The notes under the pieces were generated by a model. It was given only the letters and a program-made list of their open reading frames with translations, had not been told where the DNA came from and made no database searches. Positions 12,727 through 25,709 of a DNA stretch of 44,875 nucleotides are shown here, piece by piece. Numbering within the stretch: the first letter of the stretch is position 1; every line of letters starts with the position of its first letter. The translations under genes and the position numbers were made by a program. This stretch comes from Octopus bimaculoides (taxonomy: Eukaryota). The stretch is taken from NCBI RefSeq assembly GCF_001194135.2, contig NC_068988.1, positions 81,463,587 through 81,508,461 of the forward strand, written 5' to 3'.

Positions 12727-12882
12727 AGTGTTTTTCATCACTGTTGTCAAGTGATGCACAGTTTGGTATTTTATTGCACCTCAAAGAACTGTCAATGCAA
12801 TATTGTGGGATATTCTCACATTCAGGGCTTCCACTGAGGGTACAGCCTTTTGCCCCTTGACAGAGAAAGCCCATGCATGGAC
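12727..12882 (-). CDS. Internal coding exon (156 nt, phase 1 to 1); atypical LDL-receptor class A domain
   Basis: Acceptor tatttcag| and donor CACT|gtaagt. Translates (G)PCMGFLCQGAKGCTLSGSPECENIPQYCIDSSLRCNKIPNCASLDNSDEKH(C). The C..F.C ... CI....RC....NC...D.SDE..C LDLa signature is present. Overlaps listed ORF 12662..12874. Confidence 0.92.
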
Positions 12883-14213
12883 CTGAAATACATATTTAAA
12901 GCTTCAACTTAGAACTATTTGGACTCAGTAATGATCAAATTATAATGGCAAACTTTTAGTGTATGATGTAGTCAATATAAAACTTGCCTGAATATATTTT
13001 TGCATACATACATACATACATACATACATATTAATCAAAATATACTATATTATGGATCCATTACAGCTGATCTTACATATCAGTTTCACATTGTTTATTT
13101 GGTGATCAGACAATTATCTAATAACTGTGCTTGTCAGAGATGGCAGGAATGGAAAAAAATGGCCATTTAACCCTATAACTGGCATCCCAGATGAGCACAG
13201 GAATGATATAATCATCTGATTACTGAATATCTAGTGTATAAGCCAACTGGTAAGATCAGCTCTAATGATTATATAATACTGTATACTTTGATTAATATAC
13301 CCCATTCTATTGACAAATATACAAGTGACTATTTTTCTGAGATATGGATTTTTAAATTACACACACACACACGCACGCATGCACGCATGCACGCATGCAC
13401 GCACGCACGCATGCACGCACGCACGCATGCACACATTGTACAAACATTTACTGTTGACCACAGCCTTTCCCTTTGTACATGGTTCTAAACATTAAACTTT
13501 ACCCCCAACTCTAACCACCTCTCCTTTTATATGTCTATGAACTTATCCACTTTCACTTTTCCACCTCAGTCTACATTCTCTCATCTACTCACATTCTCTG
13601 ACACCTCATGAGCAACCTCTCTATCTTCTTTCCAATTATCCCCATCCAATCTTATATAATGCAGGGTACCCACGTATCTCTTCTCTAGCAAGACACCTGT
13701 TCCTGTCCCTCTATCATATTTCAGTCTCTCAACACCTAATATAAGGTTACCTCCTCCTCTACTAAAATCCCAGTTGGATTCTTGCTTATTTCTTTGTCTT
13801 GCAAGGTAATTGCTAACCACAATAGTGCCAATGTTATGAAAAAAAAAAGCACCAGTACACTTCATAAAGTAAAGTTGTAGGGAAGTTTGGTAGAACAGTT
13901 TGATAATTTGAATTACTATGAGAAGAGGAGATTGCAATGGTATGAACTATCGTCATTAAAATGGAATAGGTTGATAGAGAAGAGAGAATATATCCTGGTA
14001 TGTGTTGGGTAATGAACAAAGTATGTGGGTTGGCATAATACATCCACGTATGGCTAGATAACACATAGAAAAATAATACCCATTGCTAGGTACTAAGCTT
14101 TAAAGTTTTGCATAATGGATATTGGAAGAAAGAATAAATCCAGGTATTGCTTTAACCAAAATTTTTCTATCAAAATTTTCTGTTTAACAAAGATAAAGTA
14201 GTGTCATATTTAC

Positions 14214-14293
14214 CATCTTCTGCTGTTTTAACAGCTGCCCATGCCAATTTAAAGCCACCGTCTTTTTTCTGATTGTCATGTCCAACAATAAAT
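14214..14293 (-). CDS. Internal coding exon (80 nt, phase 2 to 1); end of CUB domain and linker
   Basis: Acceptor tttctatatttttacag| and donor GATG|gtaaat. Translates (R)FIVGHDNQKKDGGFKLAWAAVKTAED(G); GGFKLAW matches the terminal GF-x-A-x-Y/W strand of CUB. Phases match both neighbouring exons. Confidence 0.9.
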
Positions 14294-14674
14294 CTGTAAA
14301 AATATAGAAATTACAATATTATGGCTCCAGTCTTAACTGTTATACATTATTCATTTTAAGATATATAAAATGCTGAAAGGAAATTTATGAGTGAGTGAAT
14401 AAAGTGATGGGCTGATTGTTGCTTGAGATGATTTATTGGAAAAGAAAGTTGCTTTGGTTAGGCCCCAACAATATCACTATTGTTGGTCCCCACTTTTTTA
14501 GGAAAATCTGAACCCAGCCATATGGGCTTACAAAATACTAATTAATTATTTAAGATTCTCTCTGAAGGTGAGAACTCTTTCCATCAATGGAACTTATTGT
14601 ATTATTCACTGCTGGATGAACAGAAATGGTAAAGTTAAATGTATTTGCTATTTGTGATTAGATATCATCATCAT

Positions 14675-14794
14675 TACCACCACTGCTGCTATCACCACTG
14701 CTGCTACCACCACTGCTGCTACCACCACTGCTGTTACCACCACTGCTGCTACCACCACTGCTGTTACCACCACTGCTGCTACCACCACTGCTGC
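14675..14794. repeat. 15-bp minisatellite, 8 copies of TACCACCACTGCTGC
   Basis: Eight near-identical units, directly followed by the (CAT)n tail of a SINE. Confidence 0.95.
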
Positions 14795-14795
14795 C

Positions 14796-14972
14796 ATCAT
14801 CATCATCATCATCATCATCATCATTTTAACAACCACTTTTTCGATACTTGCATGGGTCATTTGCTACCAACCCTTACCTGCTTCCAAGCAAGGTAATATT
14901 TCCTCATGGTCAGCTATTTTCAGAATATTGGAAATAAACGTTACTGTATCTATGAATAATAACACTCATTTA
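14796..14972 (-). mobile_element. SINE family B 3' part (RTE-derived tail), interrupted by mariner
   Basis: Reverse complement matches 18570-18790 (ggaaatattaccttgcttggaagcagg...gcaagtatcgaaaaagtggttgttaaaatgatgatg). It resumes at 16280. Confidence 0.75.
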
Positions 14973-16279
14973 TGAGGGGTACCCCAAAGAAACCGGAATA
15001 TTGCAATATAGTTTTATCCACTTAGTTTTACATGTTTACACTCTAACCACCTTCAAAGTATTCTCCATTTGAAGCAATGCATTGGTCTAGATGCATTTTC
15101 CACGGTTCAAAGCAGTCCTTGAACTATTGTGAAGTGATGCCTTTTAATGCCTTTGTTGTTATTTTCTTCACCTCTTCCACATCTGCAAAACGTTTTCCTT
15201 TAAGGACTTTTTCCATTCGGGGAAACAAAAAAAAAAAAACCACTGGAAGCAAGATCAAGTGAATAGGGGGAGGGGGGGGGTAAATGGGGTCATGCTATTT
15301 TTGGTTAAAAACTATCTCACACTCAAGGCCGTGTGCACAGGCACATTGTTGTGATGAAACAACCACTCTACACTTTGCCACAGGTCGGGGTATTGTCATC
15401 TCACTGTGTCTCACAAATGCTTCAGAACTTCCAAGTAAAATGTCTGCTTAACAGATTGACCAGGAGGAACAAATTCTGTGTGGACAATTCCTTTTGTATC
15501 GATGAACAAAAAGGTATCGTCTTGACATTGTACTTCACTTGATGTGCTTTTCTGTGGCATGATGACATCAAATGCTTCCATTGACTTGATTGCTGCTTCA
15601 TTTCTGGGTCGTAGCTGTAGCACCAGCTTTCATCACCAGTGATGGTCTTTGAATAAAGGTCTGGATCAACTTCCTACTGTTCTTTTAGTTCATGATATGT
15701 ATTCAATTGTGACTGCTTTTGATCTTCTATGAGCAAATTAGGCACAAATTTTGTTGCAACTCTTTTCAGTCACAATTCCTCACCCCAAATTTGTTGGCAG
15801 GAGCTAGAAGACACACCAGTCATATCAACAAGTTCGTCAATTGTTTGGTGACAGTCTTCCAAGATCAGTTCATGAATTTTCATGATGTTTTCATTCATTC
15901 AGGATGTTGATGGTCAGTATTCAAACAACAAGTGACCATCCTTAAAGCATGAACACCACTTGTAAATTTATGTTTTACTCATGGCAGTACCTTTGTAAGT
16001 TGTTTGAGGTATGATAACTGTTTTGGCTGCCGTTTTCCCCAGAACAATACAGAATTTCATGGAAGCACATTGTTCCTTTGTTTCAACCATCACAAAAATT
16101 GTTGAATAGGGGAAGAGTATTGCAAAACAAAGACACACCATGTGGCGACATAACACAACAATGCTGGTCAGCAGGCTTTTACCTGAGGATTGCATCAAAT
16201 GACTTCCAGCAGCAAAAGCCTGAACTACATCAGACTTGTCCCACAGAGAATGTTTCAGTTACTTTTGGGTACCACCTTG
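14973..16279 (-). mobile_element. Full-length (about 1.3 kb) decayed mariner DNA transposon, DD34D-type transposase pseudogene
   Basis: Imperfect TIRs: TA|TGAGGGGTACCCCAAAGAAACCGGAAT versus reverse-complement end CAAGGTGGTACCCAAAAGTAACTGAAAC. Minus-strand fragments read EQCASMKFCIVLGKTAAKT (HTH), KRVATKFVPNLL, ITGDESWCYSYDPE, HHNNVPVHTA, YSLDLASSGFF and final GEYFEG*. Many stops and frameshifts. Confidence 0.92.
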
Positions 16280-16343
16280 TGTAACTATTGCACAATGTCA
16301 AGACAAGGAGATACAAACATACGCACACACAGATATATATAAA

Positions 16344-16410
<67 letters not shown>

Positions 16411-16420
16411 NNNNNNNNNN

Positions 16421-16473
<53 letters not shown>

Positions 16474-16645
16474 ATATATATATGTATATATATATTTGAT
16501 GAGTTTCTATCAGTTTCCATCTAGCAAGTCACCTCAGAAGGTAACTTGGTAGATGGAAACTGCCCAATGTAACATGTAGTGGGACTAAATCTATGACCAT
16601 GTGGTTGGGAAGCAAACTTCTTAATCACACAACAATGCCTGTACC
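16280..16645 (-). mobile_element. SINE family B 5' part (tRNA head, internal microsatellite, mid-body)
   Basis: aactattgcacaatgtcaagacaagg continues the body broken at 14972. The head remnant at about 16500-16645 matches family A/B heads. Confidence 0.65.
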
Positions 16646-16874
16646 TATAAACACAATGACCAAAATGGCTTTATTGAGTGTTAAACATCCATAAAGGTAT
16701 TTCTTTGTTTTTTTTGTACAAGAAAATTCAAATCATCTTCATTATGTCAGTTCACTTATTTAAAGAAAAATTGCCTGTCACTGACTAGTATCTTATCCAG
16801 GGGGATGTTTAACTCTCAGCCACTTAACACAAGTAAACCTGGTGTTAAGAGTTAACCTTAGAGATGTTTTATCT

Positions 16875-17069
16875 TTTGTCTTTTACTTGTTTCAGTCATT
16901 AGACTGCAGCCATGCACTGCTTTGAAGAATTTTCATGTTGAATGTATCGACCCTGGGACCTAATTTTTTTAAGCTTAGTACTTGTTCTGTTGGTTTGTTT
17001 TGCCAAACCGCTATGTTACAGGGATGTAAACATACCATCACAGACACAGACACACACACACACACACAC

Positions 17070-17140
<71 letters not shown>

Positions 17141-17235
17141 GCAGGCTTCTGGCCTGATGCTATAGTGAAACACACATGCTCAAGGTGTCATGTGATCACA
17201 TGGTTGGAAGCAAACTTCTTACCACACAGCCATAT
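16875..17235 (-). mobile_element. SINE family A copy with internal (CA)n
   Basis: Aligns to 44171-44565 in reverse (tail tcttttacttgtttcagtcatt; head gcaaacttcttaccacacagccat). Confidence 0.75.
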
Positions 17236-18324
17236 ATATATATCTATATAATTTTTAGAAATAAGGTATTTTTAAAATGACATTTTGTTTATGTTAAGGT
17301 GAATAATTAGCAAAGAAAATTGCCAGATATTAATAATTTATCATTATAAACAATGATTATTATACCACAATTATATAAGAAATATATCCGATATAGGGTT
17401 TGGTGTCATAAAACAGAAATCTGATATGTGATATTATATTATTAATATCATATTTATTTACTTTATTATACTATAACTTAATATAATATTACTTTTGATG
17501 GTTGGAATAAAACTCAAAACACCAGCTTTAATAATTGGTATTGATTTCTCACTTAGAAAAAAACCCAATATTCTATAAAGGAAGATTATAGCTTATTGAT
17601 TGAATCAGCCATCAACATCATACTGGAATAAAGTTTGTCTTATCAATTCTGGAGCAATGAAGATTTGAGCCAAGAATATAGGCGTTCTAGGGAATATTTT
17701 AGTCTTCTAGCACACAACCATTTCTGCAACTTCCTTACCATAAAATACTCAAAATATGGAATGAGTGCTTGCCAGAAAAGACACGGTACATAGTTTTCAC
17801 TTGGTTTTGAGTTCAAATTTTAACCATCATCAATGTTGGCTACCAATCTATCAAAAATCAATAAGACAAGTATCAGACATGTTCTGGAATCAATATAATT
17901 GCCTCTCTCCCTCTTCTACAAAGATGCTGTGTGGTACCTAAGTAAGAAATCAATATAAAAATATACTTTTCCTTTGCCAGTGTCTGAAATATGGAAGCAA
18001 ATGTCCAATTTTACAGAAACATTCTTCACATGACAGTCTATGGAATTTAATGGAAATTAATGGAATTTCATATTTAGTTATTTACTGGCAGTCTGTGGAT
18101 ACAGCATTCTAAGCACTTCTGCCTGATAGCATCTTTGGGAAATATACCAATGTGAATATGTATGAAAATACATACATACACACATGCTTGTATACATATA
18201 TATATGCATGTATACATACATAAATACATGCATACATGTGTATGTTTGAGTACGTGTGTGTGTATGTGTGAGTGTGTGTATGTGCATGTGTATGTATGTA
18301 TGTATGTATGTATGTATATTAGCA

Positions 18325-18790
<466 letters not shown>

Positions 18791-19311
18791 TTAGTAAAAA
18801 GATACGTAGAAGTGCTAATATTAAAGGTTGTGAAATATGGAAATGATTTCCCAGAGTGGATCCAAAAGAAAGACTAATCTTTCTGATAAGCAGAAGTATG
18901 ATAGGTAAAATAATTAAGAATATAAAGGTAGAGAAAACCCTGAGTCCATCAGATTATTAGTATTGTATGCCTAAGTAAAATATCAATATATACATATATA
19001 TTGAGTCATGCAGGCCTGGTCAGCCATCAGAAAACACACAGGAATCAACTCCTTGTAAATTGTGTTACAGCTATTGTCCACAACAGAACATGAGCAGCCT
19101 GTGGTAAGGTATGCGTTTCAGTTGGAGGATTGAAAAGGCATTGTCAAAAGAGTTCATACTGTGACACCTGATCCCTCTGTCAGCCAGCACAGCTGTGTAT
19201 TATGCAATAGAATGTGCAAATCTTTGGCAGGGCTCAAGAGTCATACAAGGGCCTCACATTGCATCATCAACGATTCATTGCAATGGCTTTGCTCACATTT
19301 GAGAAAGTAGC

Positions 19312-19353
<42 letters not shown>

Positions 19354-20066
19354 NNNNNNNNNNNNNNNNNNNNNNNNNNNNNNNNNNNNNNNNNNNNNNN
19401 NNNNNNNNNNNNNNNNNNNNNNNNNNNNNNNNNNNNNNNNNNNNNNNNNNNNNNNNNNNNNNNNNNNNNNNNNNNNNNNNNNNNNNNNNNNNNNNNNNNN
19501 NNNNNNNNNNNNNNNNNNNNNNNNNNNNNNNNNNNNNNNNNNNNNNNNNNNNNNNNNNNNNNNNNNNNNNNNNNNNNNNNNNNNNNNNNNNNNNNNNNNN
19601 NNNNNNNNNNNNNNNNNNNNNNNNNNNNNNNNNNNNNNNNNNNNNNNNNNNNNNNNNNNNNNNNNNNNNNNNNNNNNNNNNNNNNNNNNNNNNNNNNNNN
19701 NNNNNNNNNNNNNNNNNNNNNNNNNNNNNNNNNNNNNNNNNNNNNNNNNNNNNNNNNNNNNNNNNNNNNNNNNNNNNNNNNNNNNNNNNNNNNNNNNNNN
19801 ATATATATATATATATATATATATAAACATATATGTATGTATGTCATTATTTAGTTTTATTTCAAGATTTCTTGCCAATAGAGAAAGAGTATGTGTGTGC
19901 ATACGTGTGCACATGTGAATGTGTGTGTGTGTATATGTGTGTATGTGTATGTATGTATATTACTAAAAAGATGCAGGTGTGGATGTGTGGCTAAAAAGCT
20001 AGCCATATGGTCTTCGGTTCAGTTCCTGAGGCAAGTATCTTTTACACAGCAGGTCATCATATACAT

Positions 20067-20099
<33 letters not shown>

Positions 20100-20225
20100 T
20101 GTGTGCGATGGGCTTCTTTCAGTTTCTGTCTACCAAAGGCTTTGGTCGGCCTGAGGCCATAGGAGAAGACACTTGCCCAAGTACTTTTTTTTCCACCTTG
20201 TTTCACACTTGTGTGGTCACCATGG

Positions 20226-20258
<33 letters not shown>

Positions 20259-20642
20259 TAGAAAGGACATCCAGTCAAAGACACCAGGCCAAACAGGCAA
20301 TAAAACTTGGCATAGCCCTTCAGCTTGTCACTTCTTGTCAAAACCTCCAGCCCATATCATCATGGAGAACAGATTTTAAATGACGATGATGATATGTGTG
20401 TGTGAGTGCCTAGATTTATAATTTTTTATGTAATTTTATTTACTTCAAGCACTTTAAAACAATTAAATAAAATTTGTTCAAAAAGTCTGTTCAACTATTT
20501 AATACATACATTGCTACCAACAAAAAGAACCAAACATATATATATATATATATATGAGCATATGTGTCTGTATGAATGCGTGTTGGTGTATGTTTGTGTA
20601 TATGTATATGTGTGTGTGTATAAATTTATGGAAGTGTGTATG

Positions 20643-20707
<65 letters not shown>

Positions 20708-20709
<2 letters not shown>

Positions 20710-22848
20710 CATCATTATCATTATCATTTAATGTTCATTGTCCATGCTGGCAGGGGTTGGATGGTTTGACTGGCCTGGCACGCTTCAAAATCCAATCTGA
20801 TTTGACATGATTTTCTATGGCTGCATGCCCTTCCTAATGCCAACCACTGAGAGTGTAATGAGTGCTTTTACATGTCACTGGCACGGGTGCCATTTGTGTG
20901 ACATTGAAGTGCATTTACATGCCACCAGCACAGGTGCCAATTTGTGTGACACTGGTATCTGCCACGACTGATTTTGCTTGGCTTGATAGGTCTTTTCAAG
21001 CATGACAATGCCAAAAGTCTTGGTCATTGCCTCCATGAGGCCCAACGCTTGAAAGGAACTCAGCCACTTTGCCCCTGTGAGGCCCAACATTCAAAGGATG
21101 TTCTTTATGTGCTACCAACAAAGGTGCACTTGACTTGAGAGGTCCTCTCAAGAACAGCACATCGCAGAAGGTCTCAGTCACCAGTCATTGCCTCTGTGAG
21201 GCTCAAAGTTCGAAGATCATGCTTCACCACTTCATCCCATGTCTTTCTGGATCTACCTCCACCACAGGTTCCCTCCACAGTTAGAAACTGGTACTTCTTT
21301 ACATAGCTGTCCTTGTCCATATGCATCACATGACCATACCAGTGCAGTCGTCTCTCTTGCACACCACATCTGATTCATCTTATGCCTAACTTTTCTCTCA
21401 GGATGTTTACACTCTGTTGAACATGCACACTGATATTACACATTCAGCGAAGCATACTAGCTTCATTTCTATCAAGCCTACACATGTCCTCGGCTGTCAC
21501 AGCCCATGTTTCACTGCCATGCAGTATATCTCTTTGCACATAAGCATCAAACAATCTGACTTTCACTCTGAGGGAAAGACCCTTCGTTGCCAGCAGTGGT
21601 AGGAGCTCTCTGAACATTGCCCAGCCAAATCTTATTCTCACAACTACGCTCTCAGAGCATCCACCTCTGCTACTAACTTGATTTCTCCTCTTTCAGTTGA
21701 TGGAGTCTATTTTTTGCCCAGTTTCAGCGTTTATTGTACCTGTGCATCTTCCACACATGAAAGCTAGCTTCCCTGTTAACCTTCCTCTAGTGTTGCTGCA
21801 CCTTTTATGTGACCAAAGCTCACACTGGGTGCATCTTATGGAGATTCTACCTACACCTTTTCTACAGATTGAACAGGGCCATCTACCTGAAGGCATTTGT
21901 GATTTGTCTGCCTTCCTACTTACTAAGACGTTGGTTTTTGCTAGGTTAACTCTAAAGCTATTCAATTCTAGACCTTGCTTCCATACCTGGAACTTCTCTT
22001 GTTCAGGTAGTGATTCAGCTATAAGAACAAGGTCATCAGCATAGAAGAGCTCCCAGGAACAGCCTGTCTTGAATTCCTCTGTTATTGTCTGGAGGACTAT
22101 GATGAACAAGAGGGGGCTGAGCACTGATCCTTGGTAAATCCCTACTTGTACCCTGAATTCTTCGCTATACTCATTGCTCACCCTCACCTTACTGGTAGTG
22201 TCCCTGTACAAGGTTTGTACAGCTCTCACCAGCCACTCATCTATCCCTAGTTTCAACATTGACCACCAGATAAGGGATCATGGGACCCTATCAAAAGCTT
22301 TCTCCAAGTCAACAAAAGTCAAGTACACAGGTTTATCTTTGGCTAGGTATTTCTCCTGTAGTTGCCTTATCAGAAATATACCATCTGTGGAGCTTCTACC
22401 TGGCACAAAACAAGCTGCATCTCATCTAAGCTAACTCTCTCCCTAATTAGTTGGGCAATGACTCTCTCCGTAACTTTCATCACCTGATCCAACATCACCT
22501 GATCCAATAATTACCTCTGTAATTATTCCTGTCTAAAGCATCACCTTTATCTTTGAAGCAGTTGACTATGGTGCTGCTACACCAGTCACTGGGTGTGACT
22601 CCTTCATGAACCACCTGATTTACAATATGGTTGATTAGACTATAACCCACACTGCCAGATATTTTAAGCATCTCAGTGGTGATTCCTGATGGGCTTACCT
22701 CGTCTTCATATCCTTAATTGTTTTATCTACTAGGAAACTGTCAATTCAGGTAGCTGCTCTCTCAATTGAGTCAACATTTGACAGACTCTCCTCCTCCCAT
22801 TCATTCTCCACATTCAGCAGTCTTTCATAATGTCATCTCCAAGCCTCA
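20708..22848 (-). mobile_element. 5'-truncated RTE-clade LINE (RT pseudogene with internal PHD finger), about 2.1 kb, inserted in (TA)n
   Basis: RT motifs FVDLEKAFDRVP, GIYQGSVLSPLLF and ELFYADDLVL; RTE-typical C-terminal motifs RIRFGWAMFRELLP, LHGSETW, RRLHWYGHV and RSRKTWDEVV; 3' UTR ending in the shared (GAT)n tail. Stops, frameshifts and a 14-bp duplication are present. Confidence 0.95.
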
Positions 22849-22877
22849 TATATATACATATATATATACATATATAT

Positions 22878-23093
22878 CATGAAGTATATTTGCCACCTAA
22901 ATGTGGCTGACCCATATAGGATGATGCTACTGTAGTTTGTAGCTCCAGGAAGACATCTCTGCCAGTTGGCTAACGACACACTGTCTGTGCCCAATCAGTA
23001 TTTGTGAAGGGAAATCATTATTCCCATCTCTAGCCTGACGTGATACACATGGACCCAGGTTTCTGGGTAGTAACTCGTCATCAGCATATGACA
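22878..23093 (-). mobile_element. Truncated copy of MITE-like element, inverted relative to 23186-23549
   Basis: Reverse complement of about 23290-23505 with a long nearly identical core. Confidence 0.8.
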
Positions 23094-23185
23094 ATCACCG
23101 GTTAGGGATGAGAAGTGATTTCAAGCACGAATACATATGTTTATTTCAGTGACAAAAAGTCACTGATCTCAAAAAAGGAGAAACA

Positions 23186-23549
23186 AGCAATAATAAATCT
23201 CCGAGCAAGAATTAAACAGTAGCAACATGACATCGTGAAGTATATTTAACACCTAAACGTGGCTGACCCATATAGAACGATGCTACTGTCACATACTGAT
23301 GACGGATTAATACCTAGAAACCCAGGTCCGTGTGTATCACGTCAGGCTAGAGATGGGAATGATGATTTCCCTTCACAAATACTGATTGGGCACAGACAGT
23401 GTGTCGTTAGCCAACTGGCAGAGATGTCTTCCTGGAGCTATAAATTACAGTGGCATTGTCCCATATGGGTCAGTCACATTTAGGTGGAAATATACTTCAC
23501 AATGTCGTGCTGCTACTGTTTAATTCTCGCTCAGAGATATATTATTGCT
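23186..23549 (+). mobile_element. MITE-like element, 364 bp, about 105-bp imperfect terminal inverted repeats
   Basis: Left end agcaataataaatctccgagcaagaattaaacagtagc...tgaagtatattt..cacctaaa.gtggctgacccatat matches the reverse complement of the right end (23445-23549). A third diverged copy lies at 40566-40680. The right end abuts an N gap, so a TSD cannot be checked. Confidence 0.7.
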
Positions 23550-23776
23550 NNNNNNNNNNNNNNNNNNNNNNNNNNNNNNNNNNNNNNNNNNNNNNNNNNN
23601 NNNNNNNNNNNNNNNNNNNNNNNNNNNNNNNNNNNNNNNNNNNNNNNNNNNNNNNNNNNNNNNNNNNNNNNNNNNNNNNNNNNNNNNNNNNNNNNNNNNN
23701 NNNNNNNNNNNNNNNNNNNNNNNNNNNNNNNNNNNNNNNNNNNNNNNNNNNNNNNNNNNNNNNNNNNNNNNNNNNN

Positions 23777-23845
23777 AATCGTCCAACCCATGCTAGCATG
23801 GAAAACGGACGTTAAACGATGATGATGATGATGATGATGATGATA
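23777..23845 (+). mobile_element. RTE tail (short, young)
   Basis: aatcgtccaacccatgctagcatggaaaacggacgttaaacgatgatg. Confidence 0.85.
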
Positions 23846-23858
23846 TACATATATATAT

Positions 23859-23909
<51 letters not shown>

Positions 23910-24568
23910 GATGGATATTGAAAAGGTTGCAAGACGCAATGTAAATTTTAGAAAAAAATAAAATGAAAAATAAATAAGTGGAAATTTTAACGGTGAGTGT
24001 GTTAAATTATAAGGCACCAAAAGAGAATGACTCTCCCCAGACACAACAGAATATGCTTCAACACAGGAACTTACATAAAGAATCTTGCAAACCAAATCCA
24101 AAAACGAAATGAACAAAGCATATTTTCAGTAAATCTAATCACAGAATAAATAACTTGAAAATAAAACATTTTCAATTGTTATTTAATATAAATAATATTT
24201 AAAACAGTTTATTTACACGGAATGTAAATATAAAATAAAACATGAATGTTTATCTATAACATCAGTGGTAACCAGTCATATTGCGTAAAAGAATCTCCCA
24301 CTTACAGGGAGTTAAGTGTATCTTAGAGGGCTCACACTATAAATTATTTAGTCTGCTCTCTTGAAAATATGGAGATGAAATTTTACAATGGGTCAATATT
24401 GCTACTGTTTTACCTCTGTAAGCAATATCTGTCTATCTGCCAGTCTGTCCGCCCCGTCTGTCTTTTTGTCTCTTTCCCTCTCTCTCCCTCCCTCTCTCTC
24501 CCTCCCCCTCTCTCCATTCCCCCTTCTCCTCCATTCCCCCTTCTCCTCCACTCTCTCTCTCTCTCTAC

Positions 24569-24668
<100 letters not shown>

Positions 24669-25329
24669 TATATCTTTTACTTGTCTCAATCATTAAACTG
24701 TGGCCAAGAATTTTTGGTTTTTATCCTACCAAATTCTGGTGCCTCAAACATTTTAAGTACCACATCTAATCTTTTGATTAAATCTNNNNNNNNNNNNNNN
24801 NNNNNNNNNNNNNNNNNNNNNNNNNNNNNNNNNNNNNNNNNNNNNNNNNNNNNNNNNNNNNNNNNNNNNNNNNNNNNNNNNNNNNNNNNNNNNNNNNNNN
24901 NNNNNNNNNNNNNNNNNNNNNNNNNNNNNNNNNNNNNNNNNNNNNNNNNNNNNNNNNNNNNNNNNNNNNNNNNNNNNNNNNNNNNNNNNNNNNNNNNNNN
25001 NNNNNNNNNNNNNNNNNNNNNNNNNNNNNNNNNNNNNNNNNNNNNNNNNNNNNNNNNNNNNNNNNNNNNNNNNNNNNNNNNNNNNNNNNNNNNNNNNNNN
25101 NNNNNNNNNNNNNNNNNNNNNNNNNNNNNNNNNNNNNNNNNNNNNNNNNNNNNNNNNNNNNNNNNNNNNNNNNNNNNNNNNNNNNNNNNNNNNNNNNNNN
25201 NNNNNNNNNNNNNNNNNNNNNNNNNNNNNNNNNNNNNNNNNNNNNNNNNNNNNNNNNNNNNNNNNNNNNNNNNNNNNNNNNNNNNNNNNNNNNNNNNNNN
25301 NNNNNNNNNNNNNNNNNNNNNNNNNNNNN

Positions 25330-25384
<55 letters not shown>

Positions 25385-25709
25385 TACATATGTACATATA
25401 TCATCAGTGGATCATATATCTGAAAAAGAAGCATGCTCTAAAGTATAGAACTGTAATGTATTTACATGCTGTTAAATGTAGATTGACCAATGATTTTGCA
25501 TTCCTAAAGTGCTTAGCTTTATAGACAACTCATCAGACTCTAATGGAGGAGGGCGTATATCTTGCAGTTAAATATCTGTCCAATCATATGTCGAGTGACC
25601 AGTGGTTCTGTGTCCATAAAGCATTTAGCTTTATGGATGATTTGTCAGACTCTAATGGCACGCATGCACGTGCACACACACACGCACACACACATCATTG
25701 TCGTCATCA

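Noticed and set aside
14675-14794. Regular repeats as a CRISPR-like array
   Set aside because: No unique spacers, eukaryotic context, no cas genes.
21693-22259. 188-aa RT ORF as a functional or domesticated gene
   Set aside because: Flanked by stops and frameshifts within a 5'-truncated LINE; no splice signals linking it to the host gene.
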